From: Alistipes finegoldii | GTDB taxonomy: Bacteria; Bacillota; Clostridia; Christensenellales; UBA1242 | Assembly (NCBI GenBank): GCA_963614045.1 | Contig: CAVEBU010000004.1 | Coordinates: forward strand, 1 to 59,700 | DNA length: 59,700 nt | Direction of reading: 5' to 3' | Part shown: one piece after another, positions 1-9,443 of the stretch | Layout of the letters: the number at the start of each line of letters is the position of its first letter | Position numbering within the stretch: the stretch's first letter is position 1 | Notes under the pieces: generated by a model | What the model saw: the letters and a program-made list of their open reading frames with translations, nothing else | Told to the model about the DNA's origin: nothing | Database searches by the model: none | Position numbers and translations under genes: made by a program

Positions 1-786
<786 letters not shown>

Positions 787-962
787 AATTATGACTCAAA
801 ACCAAACTACTTGCGTAATTTGAGATTTTGATTAATTGTTAATTATGTTGTACTTTCGTACAGAAATTGACAAGAACTCAAAAAACCTTAACTAAATCTT
901 GTATAAAAAACTATTCAATTTTCAAAGTGCTTGTCACACGTTCTCACGTGATGACGGTGTCC

Positions 963-991
963 ATTATATCAGTTAATTATGAGATTGTCAA
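963..991 (-). promoter_or_regulatory. sigma-A type promoter of the rRNA operon
   Basis: On the minus strand: TTGACA (986-991), 17-nt spacer, TATAAT (963-968). Lies about 170 nt upstream of the 16S 5' end. Confidence 0.65.
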
Positions 992-1279
992 CAACTTTTT
1001 TCAAAGTTTTTTTAGAAAATATCAAAAAAGTGGTGTTTTTTGCTCTTTTTTGGTGTATACTCAGTCAACCCATCCGGGTGTTTGCGGTTTTTATGGTGAT
1101 TTGCAAGCAATTTTTGATTACTAAGACGAATTTTACGGTTGCAGTTTCTTTAAAATTCACCCTCCAGAAACTCCACCCCGTTCCTTATATATATTATATA
1201 TATTATATATAGCAAAAACGATTGACAATTGCGCCCAAAAAGTGATATTTTATAAAAAACGCAAAAGGAAAAAACGATT

Positions 1280-1954
1280 ATGAAAATTTCAAAATCTTGG
1301 TATGAACTACTTAAACCCGAATTTGAGAAGCCTTATTACAAAGAATTGCAAGCTTTTCTTGATGCCGAATATCGTGACTACACAATTTACCCTACGCCTG
1401 ACAACGTATTTAATGCGCTGAATCTCGTTCCATACAAGCAAGTAAAAGTGGTTATCATCGGACAAGACCCCTATCACGAGCCAAGACAAGCACACGGACT
1501 GTCTTTTTCGGTGCAGAAAGGCGTGGATATTCCGCCGAGTTTACTAAACATCTACAAGGAAATTCGCAACGACTTGGGCTACCCTATTCCAAAATCTGGC
1601 GATTTAACTCAATGGGCAAGGCAAGGCGTTCTGCTCCTAAACTCCGTCCTAACCGTTCGTCGAGGACTAGCGAATTCGCACAAAAACAAGGGCTGGGAGC
1701 AATTCACGACCGCAATTATTAGCTTACTGAACGAGCGAAACGACCCTGTCATCTTTATGCTTTGGGGCAACAACGCAAAGCAAATCGGCGAAGTGATTGA
1801 CAAAAACCGCCATTTTGTGCTGACCGCACCGCACCCAAGTCCACTGTCCGCACATTCGGGATTTTTCGGGTGCAAGCACTTCAGTAAATGTAACGAATTC
1901 TTAAAGTATATGAAAAAGCCCGAAATTGACTGGCACGTTTACGACGACAAATAA
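1280..1954 (+). CDS. ung: uracil-DNA glycosylase, family 1
   Basis: 224 aa. Has the GQDPYH water-activating motif and the HPSPLSA DNA-intercalation loop motif, typical length, and AAAGGAAAA upstream of the ATG. Confidence 0.95.
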   Translation: MKISKSWYELLKPEFEKPYYKELQAFLDAEYRDYTIYPTPDNVFNALNLVPYKQVKVVIIGQDPYHEPRQAHGLSFSVQKGVDIPPSLLNIYKEIRNDLGYPIPKSGDLTQWARQGVLLLNSVLTVRRGLANSHKNKGWEQFTTAIISLLNERNDPVIFMLWGNNAKQIGEVIDKNRHFVLTAPHPSPLSAHSGFFGCKHFSKCNEFLKYMKKPEIDWHVYDDK

Positions 1955-1984
1955 AAAAGTTATGCAAAAAGCATAACTTTTTTT
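1955..1984. terminator. bidirectional rho-independent terminator between ung and the convergent membrane-protein gene
   Basis: Stem AAAAGTTATGC/GCATAACTTTT with AAAAA loop, flanked by an A-run and a T-run. Confidence 0.6.
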
Positions 1985-3224
1985 AAAGTGTAATATCAGC
2001 ATCGTCTTGCTGTTCTTGTGACTTTAGACGCTTCTCAACCGCACAAGTGAGATAAACGCCGACACCGATACACAAGACGCTTGCACCAACTATTGTTAGT
2101 AACGCATACGCAATAGGCAAGTTTGCGACGGCGCACGTGATAATGACTGAAGCCACCAAAATTCCGACCGAATTAAATAGGGACACGAGCCAAAACAGTC
2201 TTAAATGCATTTCCTTAGGGTAAATCCTATGAATAATGTCATAAACAAACAAATTGTATATGTCGTGCATACAATACAAGATAATGACTCCCAAACTAAC
2301 AAGAATTAGTTTTAGGGTAAAATCGTGTATTAAAATCAACGGCAAAGACATCAAACTCAGCGAAATCGCAAGCAAACATGGTAAAATTATACCCAACTTC
2401 GCCCCCGCTTTTTTAATAATCTTGCTGACAAAACAGTTTGCAACTACACGCATACCACGACCGACGAAAATTACGATTGAAATCGCCGACACAATCAGCC
2501 CCACTTCTTCAAGCGAAACCTTTGTGTACTGACTTCCCACGAACCAGCACCCCTTGAACAGCACTGTAAAAAGAATGAACATAACTGTAAACAGCAGAAG
2601 CGATTTGTCCATTTTGTGATTTTGCCTTGACAAAACCTTTGTCGCCTCATACCTCCCGCCTGTTTCATCACGCACAAAAAGTGATGTTACAAAAGCAATT
2701 ACAGTGACCGTAATGCACAAATACATCGGCAAGTAGTTATTTATATCAAAGAGCGTACCAGCTACCAAAGCAACGACCAGCGATATAATTGAATAGAGAA
2801 GTCTGCCACGTGCGTTAATTCCAATAAAATCGTCCTTTCTACCATATTTTTCAAGGTTGTTTTCCAAAATCAGCGGAGAAACCACCAAAAATTGACTTTT
2901 TTTGAAGTACAAAACGTTAGCTATTATAAAAAGAATAAAATTATTGCCAAATGTAAAAAGCACCGCCGAACACATTAAAAGAAATGTCGCCACACGCAAA
3001 GAAGCGTTATTGCCGATTCGTGCGATTAAATAAAGACACGGGATAGTTGTAAGCAAATCTACACCCGCTGCGATTATGTCGAGCATAAAGAATTGCTCAC
3101 TGCTAAGCCCTTTTACATCTGTCAAAAAGGCGAAATTAATCACCCAAAAGAAAAATATATCACAGCCGATTGCATATAAAATCGGCCACAACCGAATATT
3201 GCGTGAAGTATTTATGTTACCCAT
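1983..3224 (-). CDS. polytopic membrane protein, transporter-like (possibly MFS)
   Basis: Many hydrophobic helices along the whole length. Start moved to ATG 3224 (GGAG 9 nt upstream), because the track start 3254 lies inside a TTGACT-18-TATACT promoter. Family not recognisable by eye. Confidence 0.45.
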   Translation of the reverse strand: MGNINTSRNIRLWPILYAIGCDIFFFWVINFAFLTDVKGLSSEQFFMLDIIAAGVDLLTTIPCLYLIARIGNNASLRVATFLLMCSAVLFTFGNNFILFIIANVLYFKKSQFLVVSPLILENNLEKYGRKDDFIGINARGRLLYSIISLVVALVAGTLFDINNYLPMYLCITVTVIAFVTSLFVRDETGGRYEATKVLSRQNHKMDKSLLLFTVMFILFTVLFKGCWFVGSQYTKVSLEEVGLIVSAISIVIFVGRGMRVVANCFVSKIIKKAGAKLGIILPCLLAISLSLMSLPLILIHDFTLKLILVSLGVIILYCMHDIYNLFVYDIIHRIYPKEMHLRLFWLVSLFNSVGILVASVIITCAVANLPIAYALLTIVGASVLCIGVGVYLTCAVEKRLKSQEQQDDADITL

Positions 3225-3277
3225 CCTATTTTCTCCATATAACATAGTATACAAAAATTCGACAAGTTAAGTCAAGC

Positions 3278-3315
3278 AAAAAAGAAAAAACTTTGATAAA
3301 TTCACAAAGTTTTTT
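3278..3315 (-). terminator. rho-independent terminator after the U32 gene
   Basis: Stem AAAACTTTG/CAAAGTTTT with a 9-nt loop. Followed on the minus strand by TTTTTTCTTTTTT. Confidence 0.55.
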
Positions 3316-3331
3316 GATAATTTAAAAAATT

Positions 3332-4573
3332 TTAAAGTTTTTTCTGCTTTTTCTTGCGTAAAATATCGCCCGCACGCAATTCAAACGGACACTTTAATTT
3401 AAGTTGCTGTTGCACAAGCATTGCGTCAGTTACGACTTCGCCGTCCGAATTGTACATTTCGCCAACCGCAAAAGTCTTATTAAATGTATCTCGTGGCGAC
3501 AAAATTTCCAACTCGTCACCAACTGCGAAACGATTCCGCTGTTCCACAACCGCAAAACCGTCCACGCTATCACCAATTACTTGCGCCACAAAATCGTATG
3601 TTGACACAGGCTGGCTAGATTCGAGGAATTCCTTATCGCCCTCGTGCAAGAAAAATCCTGTCGTAAATCTACGATGGCTACACTTTTCTAACTCACAAAC
3701 ACGGTTTGGGTCAATTTTGTACGAAGCAGGGTTCTGCTCCAACAAATCAACCGCACGCCTATAGGTGTTTACAACATTTGCGACGTAGTAAGGGGACTTC
3801 ATACGACCTTCAATCTTAAAACTCGTAACACCCGCATCAGCTAATTTGTCGAGGTAGTTTACCATACACAAATCTTTACTATTAAGGATATAGGTACTAC
3901 GTTCATCTTGTTGAATCTCGTACTCCTCACCTTGTCCCGACTCTTTGCGACATTTTTCCGTAATGTAGTATTCCCAACGGCACGCTTGCACGCAAGCACC
4001 ACGATTGCTATCACGCCCCGTAAAATAGTTGCTTAGCAAACATCTTCCACTGTAACTTATACACATCGCACCATGCACAAACGCTTCTAGTTCAATTTGA
4101 GGTGGCAGGTAATCACGAATTTCCTTTATTTCTTCAATACTCAACTCACGTGCCAAAATTATCCTAGTTGCGCCCGCATCAGCCCAGAATTTCGCCGAAT
4201 ATTTATTTGTCGCACATGCTTGCGTGGATAAGTGAATTGGTAAATTCGGAGCAACTTCTTTGCACAAACTCATAATTCCCGCATCGGACACAATCACCGC
4301 ATCAGCGCCGATTTCTTGCAAATACACAAGGTAATCTGACAGCCCAACAAAGTCGCTATTGTGCGCTTGAATATTTACCGTAATGTACGCTTTCTTGCCC
4401 AAACTATGCGCAAAATCAATATATTCACGCAATTCGTCTTCCTCAAAATTCTCACTAAAGGCACGCAAACCCCACTTTTTGCCCGCAAAATAGCAGGCAT
4501 CAGCACCGAAATAGTAAGCTGTCTTTAATTTTTCTATGTCGCCAGCGGGCGCTAAAATTTCTAATTTACTCAT
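3332..4573 (-). CDS. peptidase U32 family protein (YrrO/YegQ-like; candidate RNA hydroxylation factor)
   Basis: 413 aa. N-terminal LEILAPAGD...AGADA, Cys-containing CISYSGRCLLSNY and GACVQACRW blocks typical of U32. Overlaps the upstream methyltransferase gene by 8 nt. Confidence 0.85.
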   Translation of the reverse strand: MSKLEILAPAGDIEKLKTAYYFGADACYFAGKKWGLRAFSENFEEDELREYIDFAHSLGKKAYITVNIQAHNSDFVGLSDYLVYLQEIGADAVIVSDAGIMSLCKEVAPNLPIHLSTQACATNKYSAKFWADAGATRIILARELSIEEIKEIRDYLPPQIELEAFVHGAMCISYSGRCLLSNYFTGRDSNRGACVQACRWEYYITEKCRKESGQGEEYEIQQDERSTYILNSKDLCMVNYLDKLADAGVTSFKIEGRMKSPYYVANVVNTYRRAVDLLEQNPASYKIDPNRVCELEKCSHRRFTTGFFLHEGDKEFLESSQPVSTYDFVAQVIGDSVDGFAVVEQRNRFAVGDELEILSPRDTFNKTFAVGEMYNSDGEVVTDAMLVQQQLKLKCPFELRAGDILRKKKQKKL

Positions 4574-5171
4574 TTTCTTCCCCTCTAAATTTTACGACAC
4601 TCAAACCATCGCCAATGTGCAAAATTTGCGTGTCAAGTTTTTCATTTTGCTGTAATTTCGTTAAAAATTCATCCAAAATCTTCGCAGTCCTCTCAAATCT
4701 ATGCTCGGTAATTTCCACCCCATCTCGCACCATACCACGAAAAAGCACGTTATCGGACACCCAAACACCTTTTTTGCTTAAAAGTGGCAAAATTAAGTCA
4801 ATCATATCGGAATAAAACGTCTTGGGCCCATCGAGAAAAATCAAGTCAAACTTCTGCCCCAAAAGTGTCGGCAAAGTCTTCATACAGTCACCCTCAATAA
4901 TTTGCACACGAGCAGTCAGCCCCTGATTCTCGAAATTTTCCACCGCTTCTTCAATATTCGGCTTACTCACTTCGCAACAAACCAACGTTGTGCCGTCATA
5001 ACTTTTGAGCATATTTGACCCCGAAAAACCAATTGCCATACCGATTTCAAGAATTCGATTCGGCTTGCGTTCACGCACAAGCTTGCACAAAAATTCTCGA
5101 GTATCAGGCAAAACGACGGGAATTTTGTTTTTTCTGGCGTATTTTTCTAATCTTATCAAATATTCGTCCAA
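4566..5171 (-). CDS. class I SAM-dependent O-methyltransferase (YrrM/TrmR-like)
   Basis: 201 aa. SAM motif I ILEIGMAIGFSG, acidic loop CCEVS, FLDGPK block. Immediately upstream of a U32 gene, as in the Bacillus yrrM-yrrN-yrrO arrangement. Confidence 0.8.
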   Translation of the reverse strand: MDEYLIRLEKYARKNKIPVVLPDTREFLCKLVRERKPNRILEIGMAIGFSGSNMLKSYDGTTLVCCEVSKPNIEEAVENFENQGLTARVQIIEGDCMKTLPTLLGQKFDLIFLDGPKTFYSDMIDLILPLLSKKGVWVSDNVLFRGMVRDGVEITEHRFERTAKILDEFLTKLQQNEKLDTQILHIGDGLSVVKFRGEENE

Positions 5172-5172
5172 C

Positions 5173-7086
5173 TTACAGCTCCATAATTGTAGGAATAATC
5201 AAAGGTTTACGCTTGGTGCGTTTAAAAAACAGATTTGTCAAAGTTCTGCGGATAATTAGCTTCATCTCGTTCCAATCAATTTTGTCCGCACCCGTACTTT
5301 TTAATGCGTCCAAAGTCACTTGCTTTGCTTCCCTCAAAATGTCGTTCATCTCTTGCGGATAAATAAACCCACGAGGAATTATTTCAGGACCCGAAAGAAC
5401 CTGCCCTGTGCGAGAATTCACTGTCAACGCAACCACGCAAATTCCGTCTTCGGCAAGCTGAAGCCTGTCTTTTACAACAGAATTTTCAAGTTCGCAAATT
5501 GTCTTGCCATCAACCAACTTTTCGCCCGAGCGAACATCAGCTAGTTCAATCATTGAATTTGGAGTAAGCTCCACCACCGAACCAACGTGCGGTACGATGA
5601 TATTTTGTGGCTTTGTACCCATTTTGATTGCAAATTGCTCATGATATTTAAGGTGCTTTATCTCACCATGCATCGGCAAAAAGAAACGAGGCTTTAGAAG
5701 TTTGTGCATAATCATAAACTCTGTTTGACAAGCGTGACCCGACGCATGCACGTCGCTTAAATCGTCGTAAATTACGTTTGCACCCTTGCCAATAAGTTCG
5801 TTAATCATATTTGTAACCGATTTTTCGTTACCAGGAACAGGTGACGACGAGAAAATAACTGTGTCATTTGTGCCGATTTTGATGCCAGGAATTTCGCCGT
5901 TAATCATACGGTCGATAGCGGTATGCTCTTGACCTTGACTACCCGTCCCCAAAATCATAATTTCGTGGTCCTTAAATCTCCCAGCCTTTTCGATATCCAC
6001 AATTAATTTGTGGTCAAAGTGGATTTCGCCGATTTTCATAGCGAGTTCCATATTGTTAATCATACTGCGCCCCGCAAAAGCGACTTTTCTGTTGTATTTG
6101 CGTGCCAAATCCATAATTTGCTGTACACGATGAACGTTTGAAGCGAACGACGTGACAATAATTCGCCTAGTTTTCGCTTGCTCAAAAATTTCCGCCAAAG
6201 TCGCCCCAACGACGCTTTCGCTCATACTCATACCAGGTCGCTCGATGTTGGTGCTTTCGCACATCATAAGAAGCACACCTTTCCTACCCAATTCACCGAT
6301 GCGGGATAAATCTGTCGTTTCGCCTGCAATTGGCGTAAAATCGATTTTGAAGTCACCCGAAACGAACACAAGTCCAATCGGAGTAGTAACCGCTAGCGCA
6401 AAAGCGCCTGGAATTGAGTGGTTTACGTGAATAAATTCCACTGTAAAACAGCCGATTTTTACGACGTTGCCAGGGTTTACTGCGTGCGATTTCATTTTAA
6501 CACGTGGGAATTCACGCAATTTGTTTTCAATAAAAGCGATACTCAGCTTACTTGCGTAAACGGGCGCTTTTACATCATCGAGAAAGTATGGCAAACTACC
6601 AATGTGGTCCTCGTGTGCGTGAGTAATACAAATACCCTTAATCATATCTTTGTGCGTTTTTAGCCACGACATATCAGGGATAACCAAGTCCACACCTGGC
6701 ATATCAGGTTCAGCAAATCCGACACCGCAGTCGATTACCAAAATATCGTCACCGAAACGCAGAGCGGTTATATTGTCGCCGACTTTACCAACACCGCCGA
6801 AAAACATTACTTCAAGTCCTTTCCCGCTTCTTTGTCTGCGGTTAACTTTTGGTTTAGATTCTGTAGCAGGCTTCTTGCTCGCTGGTTTGCGTTGCTTAAA
6901 TGTGCGGATATTCGGGTTGGAATTCTCCTCGCTCTCGTTTGTAAGTTCAATCACCGCTTTCGCAAAAGACCTACGTGATTTTTTTGTAATATATTTTTTT
7001 GTTACGACAGGTGTAGAAGTACTTGTTGCGGAATTTCCTGCCGTAATATTATTTTCTGCCCCGCCCTGTTGTGTATTTTCGTTCAA
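5173..7086 (-). CDS. rnj: ribonuclease J (metallo-beta-lactamase/beta-CASP)
   Basis: HAHEDHIG motif and a GGVGKVGDN N-terminal block. 637 aa if started at TTG 7086 (GGAG 9 nt upstream). An alternative ATG at 6807 (GGAAAGGA 9 nt upstream) would remove a ~93-aa basic low-complexity extension. Confidence 0.9.
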   Translation of the reverse strand: MNENTQQGGAENNITAGNSATSTSTPVVTKKYITKKSRRSFAKAVIELTNESEENSNPNIRTFKQRKPASKKPATESKPKVNRRQRSGKGLEVMFFGGVGKVGDNITALRFGDDILVIDCGVGFAEPDMPGVDLVIPDMSWLKTHKDMIKGICITHAHEDHIGSLPYFLDDVKAPVYASKLSIAFIENKLREFPRVKMKSHAVNPGNVVKIGCFTVEFIHVNHSIPGAFALAVTTPIGLVFVSGDFKIDFTPIAGETTDLSRIGELGRKGVLLMMCESTNIERPGMSMSESVVGATLAEIFEQAKTRRIIVTSFASNVHRVQQIMDLARKYNRKVAFAGRSMINNMELAMKIGEIHFDHKLIVDIEKAGRFKDHEIMILGTGSQGQEHTAIDRMINGEIPGIKIGTNDTVIFSSSPVPGNEKSVTNMINELIGKGANVIYDDLSDVHASGHACQTEFMIMHKLLKPRFFLPMHGEIKHLKYHEQFAIKMGTKPQNIIVPHVGSVVELTPNSMIELADVRSGEKLVDGKTICELENSVVKDRLQLAEDGICVVALTVNSRTGQVLSGPEIIPRGFIYPQEMNDILREAKQVTLDALKSTGADKIDWNEMKLIIRRTLTNLFFKRTKRKPLIIPTIMEL

Positions 7087-7109
7087 TTTAAATTTCTCCT
7101 TTTAATCTA

Positions 7110-8066
7110 TTAAATTATATCTTTCAAAGAATTGATATTCTCTAAAGTTTCTTTCTTTTTTGATGCGACGATAACATCGTCATCTACGTAAAATTTCAGC
7201 CCGTTTAGGTAGAAGTAAATTACCATATTCAAAAGGTTGCAAAAGACTATTCCTGCGGGAATTATCAGCACAAGTCCCACCGAAGCGGTCAAAATTATAG
7301 CAGCAATCGTCACAGCAATAATAATTAACGTAAGAATAAATTGTCTGCCGTAAATTTTGCCGAAATTCTTGAAAACATCAGGCAAACAATAACCCAACGA
7401 CTCCCAAGTTTCTGTATTCTGCACAATAATACAAGGCGCCCACGCACAAACTAACGTCCTCTTGAGAGCGATTAGCACAGTAGCCACCAAAATCACTACA
7501 AACGGCGCAATCGTCAGCACCCAAACACTGCTTGCTGTGTACATCATTAAGCACCCATAAAGCGCAATCACAATCACAAAGTTAATCGGCAAAACTACCA
7601 AAAGTTTGGATAATTGCAATTTCACTGAGCGCACAATGTTACGAATAAAGCAACTTGTAAAGCCCATTTTGGTGCTGCTACCCATATAACTATACAAGCA
7701 GTCCGCAATAGCAAGTTCGCCAAGCCCGTAAAGGAAGCTTCCCAATACGCCCCAAATTAAGAAAATCGCAATCGCAAACGGCAACATTGTGCCAATATTT
7801 GCAGAAATTATGTTGATTATGTCTATTATCAAGTCCGAAACCGAACCCAAGACCGCCCCTAACTGAATATTTGCGACGTTGCCCGTGAAAATGTCAAAAA
7901 TTCTGTCAAAGCACCCCGCTTCAGACAATCTTTGAATAAACGGCATACAAATCGCAAGTGAAAGCCCGCCAAGTAGCAACGTACAAATTATAACATACAC
8001 CATTACTTGCCAAACCAAACCGCCGTTGCGTAAAAATAACTTCATTGAATCAGTTGTTATCATCAT
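7110..8066 (-). CDS. polytopic membrane protein, unknown function
   Basis: 318-aa ORF with multiple long hydrophobic segments, AAGGGG RBS, 23 nt upstream of rnj. Confidence 0.55.
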   Translation of the reverse strand: MMITTDSMKLFLRNGGLVWQVMVYVIICTLLLGGLSLAICMPFIQRLSEAGCFDRIFDIFTGNVANIQLGAVLGSVSDLIIDIINIISANIGTMLPFAIAIFLIWGVLGSFLYGLGELAIADCLYSYMGSSTKMGFTSCFIRNIVRSVKLQLSKLLVVLPINFVIVIALYGCLMMYTASSVWVLTIAPFVVILVATVLIALKRTLVCAWAPCIIVQNTETWESLGYCLPDVFKNFGKIYGRQFILTLIIIAVTIAAIILTASVGLVLIIPAGIVFCNLLNMVIYFYLNGLKFYVDDDVIVASKKKETLENINSLKDII

Positions 8067-8074
8067 TATTCCCC

Positions 8075-8878
8075 TTAACGCATTTCGTAATACTTGAGAG
8101 TGTCTTTTCTTGCCAAGTCGTTTCGCTCAAAAAACATCGTCATACTATTCACGCACACCAACGGCATAAATAGTAAAATTGATATTATACTACCGACGCA
8201 AGCAAGGTTTATAAATGCAAAAACTTGCATAATCGCAAAGCAAATCAACAACCCCACAACTTCTATAAACCACGCCTTACTACTTCCGAGTGGCACCGCC
8301 CTACTTGCATTTGATAGCCCCACCAAAAGCGGTGCATTATTAATCAGCATATCAATCGTAGCATAACCGAAGAGGTTGAACATCCTCCCCAACAGCACGC
8401 ATAAACCTATCGCAATTACATAGTTAAAGACAATCGCTACTGCATTACCGCCACACAAAAAATGCACAAACAACATTAGTAAAGACAGCAAAAATTCAAG
8501 CACAAAAGCAAACACAAACAACGCAAAAGTAGCTTTCGCCACACCAATTACATTGTTGTTTAAACTAAAAGTACTCGTAAACGACGGCTTGCCCATTCTA
8601 AAGTGGCTTTCGATAAACCCTAATGTTAAACTGGTAAAAATTATCACCAAAATCAGTCCGATAGCCAAATAAAACAGACTCCACCAGCTACCGAAAAACA
8701 AATTCACAAAGAAATCGCCATAATTATTTAATGTGAGGTTATGATATTCAAAAGCAAACTCAAATATCCCGAAAGGCTTCAGCAACATTCCCACGAACAC
8801 AGCAGGAATAATGGCGAAAACAACGAGATACGGAAAGTTCTTGAAATAATAGCCTAACACATTTTTCACATATTCCAT
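8075..8878 (-). CDS. polytopic membrane protein, unknown function
   Basis: 267-aa ORF with multiple hydrophobic segments and an AAGGGG RBS 5-6 nt before the ATG. First gene downstream of the 9053-9081 promoter. Confidence 0.55.
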   Translation of the reverse strand: MEYVKNVLGYYFKNFPYLVVFAIIPAVFVGMLLKPFGIFEFAFEYHNLTLNNYGDFFVNLFFGSWWSLFYLAIGLILVIIFTSLTLGFIESHFRMGKPSFTSTFSLNNNVIGVAKATFALFVFAFVLEFLLSLLMLFVHFLCGGNAVAIVFNYVIAIGLCVLLGRMFNLFGYATIDMLINNAPLLVGLSNASRAVPLGSSKAWFIEVVGLLICFAIMQVFAFINLACVGSIISILLFMPLVCVNSMTMFFERNDLARKDTLKYYEMR

Positions 8879-9052
8879 ATTTACCCCTTATGTTAATAAT
8901 TTACTCATTTTGCCGAGCAAAGCATACACATCTCATAGCAAGCAACTCCCAAGCGTTTCCGTCGAAATTTCTCCGCCGTAGAATTACCGCTCGCCACAAT
9001 TTCAATACAAAATCACATAAAAATGTGCATTACAACCACTATTCTGTTTTTT

Positions 9053-9081
9053 ATTATAGCACACTTTTTATTAAATTTCAA
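9053..9081 (-). promoter_or_regulatory. sigma-A type promoter with ~170-nt leader for the membrane-protein/rnj gene string
   Basis: Minus strand: TTGAAA (9076-9081), 17-nt spacer ending in TG, TATAAT (9053-9058). Confidence 0.55.
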
Positions 9082-9150
9082 GGATAAAACACAATTTTTT
9101 TTGACAAATCACAAATTTACTTAAAAGATGATGTTGTTGTTTAGATACAA

Positions 9151-9239
9151 GGGGGGCTTGGTGCGTGCGTTCGGCACGAACGCACACCGTCCCGCACAAG
9201 CGGGACGCAATACGCTTTCAGCGTATGCACCAAGCCCCC
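9151..9239. repeat. GC-rich four-way-junction repeat, copy 1
   Basis: Outer stem GGGGGGCTTGGTGC/GCACCAAGCCCCC enclosing three perfect hairpins: GTGCGTTCG-GCA-CGAACGCAC, CGTCCCGC-ACAA-GCGGGACG and ATACGCT-TTC-AGCGTAT. Confidence 0.85.
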
Positions 9240-9408
9240 GCCCCCGTTCTATTATTGAGGTGCAGGACACTGCGTATAATTATATAATGATTTTCGCTTT
9301 TGCTATTTTTTGGTTCGTTACGCTCACAACTCCCTCGAATATATGCTTATAAAAAACAATTCACTGTTACTCGTCACTTAAAAATTTGCGAAAAGTGATA
9401 TAAATTTG

Positions 9409-9437
9409 TTGCATTTAAAATTACTTTGTATTATAAT
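9409..9437 (+). promoter_or_regulatory. sigma-A type promoter placing the TSS at or next to the ATG of the 9444 gene (leaderless candidate)
   Basis: TTGCAT (9409-9414), 17-nt spacer, TATAAT (9432-9437). The ATG at 9444 is 7 nt after the -10 box, and no Shine-Dalgarno lies between. Confidence 0.5.
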
Positions 9438-9443
9438 AAAGCT

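Noticed and set aside
867-1212. Track ORFs 867-1124 and 979-1212 (+), and the TATATATATTATATATATTATATATA run at 1187-1212
   Set aside because: This region is the rRNA promoter/leader and the ung promoter, and it has no RBS. The AT run is simple low-complexity spacer with no unit structure beyond TA dinucleotides.
9151-9239. The cloverleaf-shaped repeat as a tRNA or tRNA pseudogene
   Set aside because: The stems are 13, 9, 7-8 and 7 bp with 3-4-nt loops. There is no 7-nt anticodon loop, no T-loop TTCRA or D-loop GG, and no CCA or discriminator context.
9128-9352. 74-aa ORF (and 22259-22468, 69 aa) reading GGLVRAFGTNAHRPAQAGRN...
   Set aside because: Both are translations straight through copies of the GC-rich four-way-junction repeat. 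There is no RBS, the reading strand differs between copies, and the similarity is at the nucleotide/structure level.
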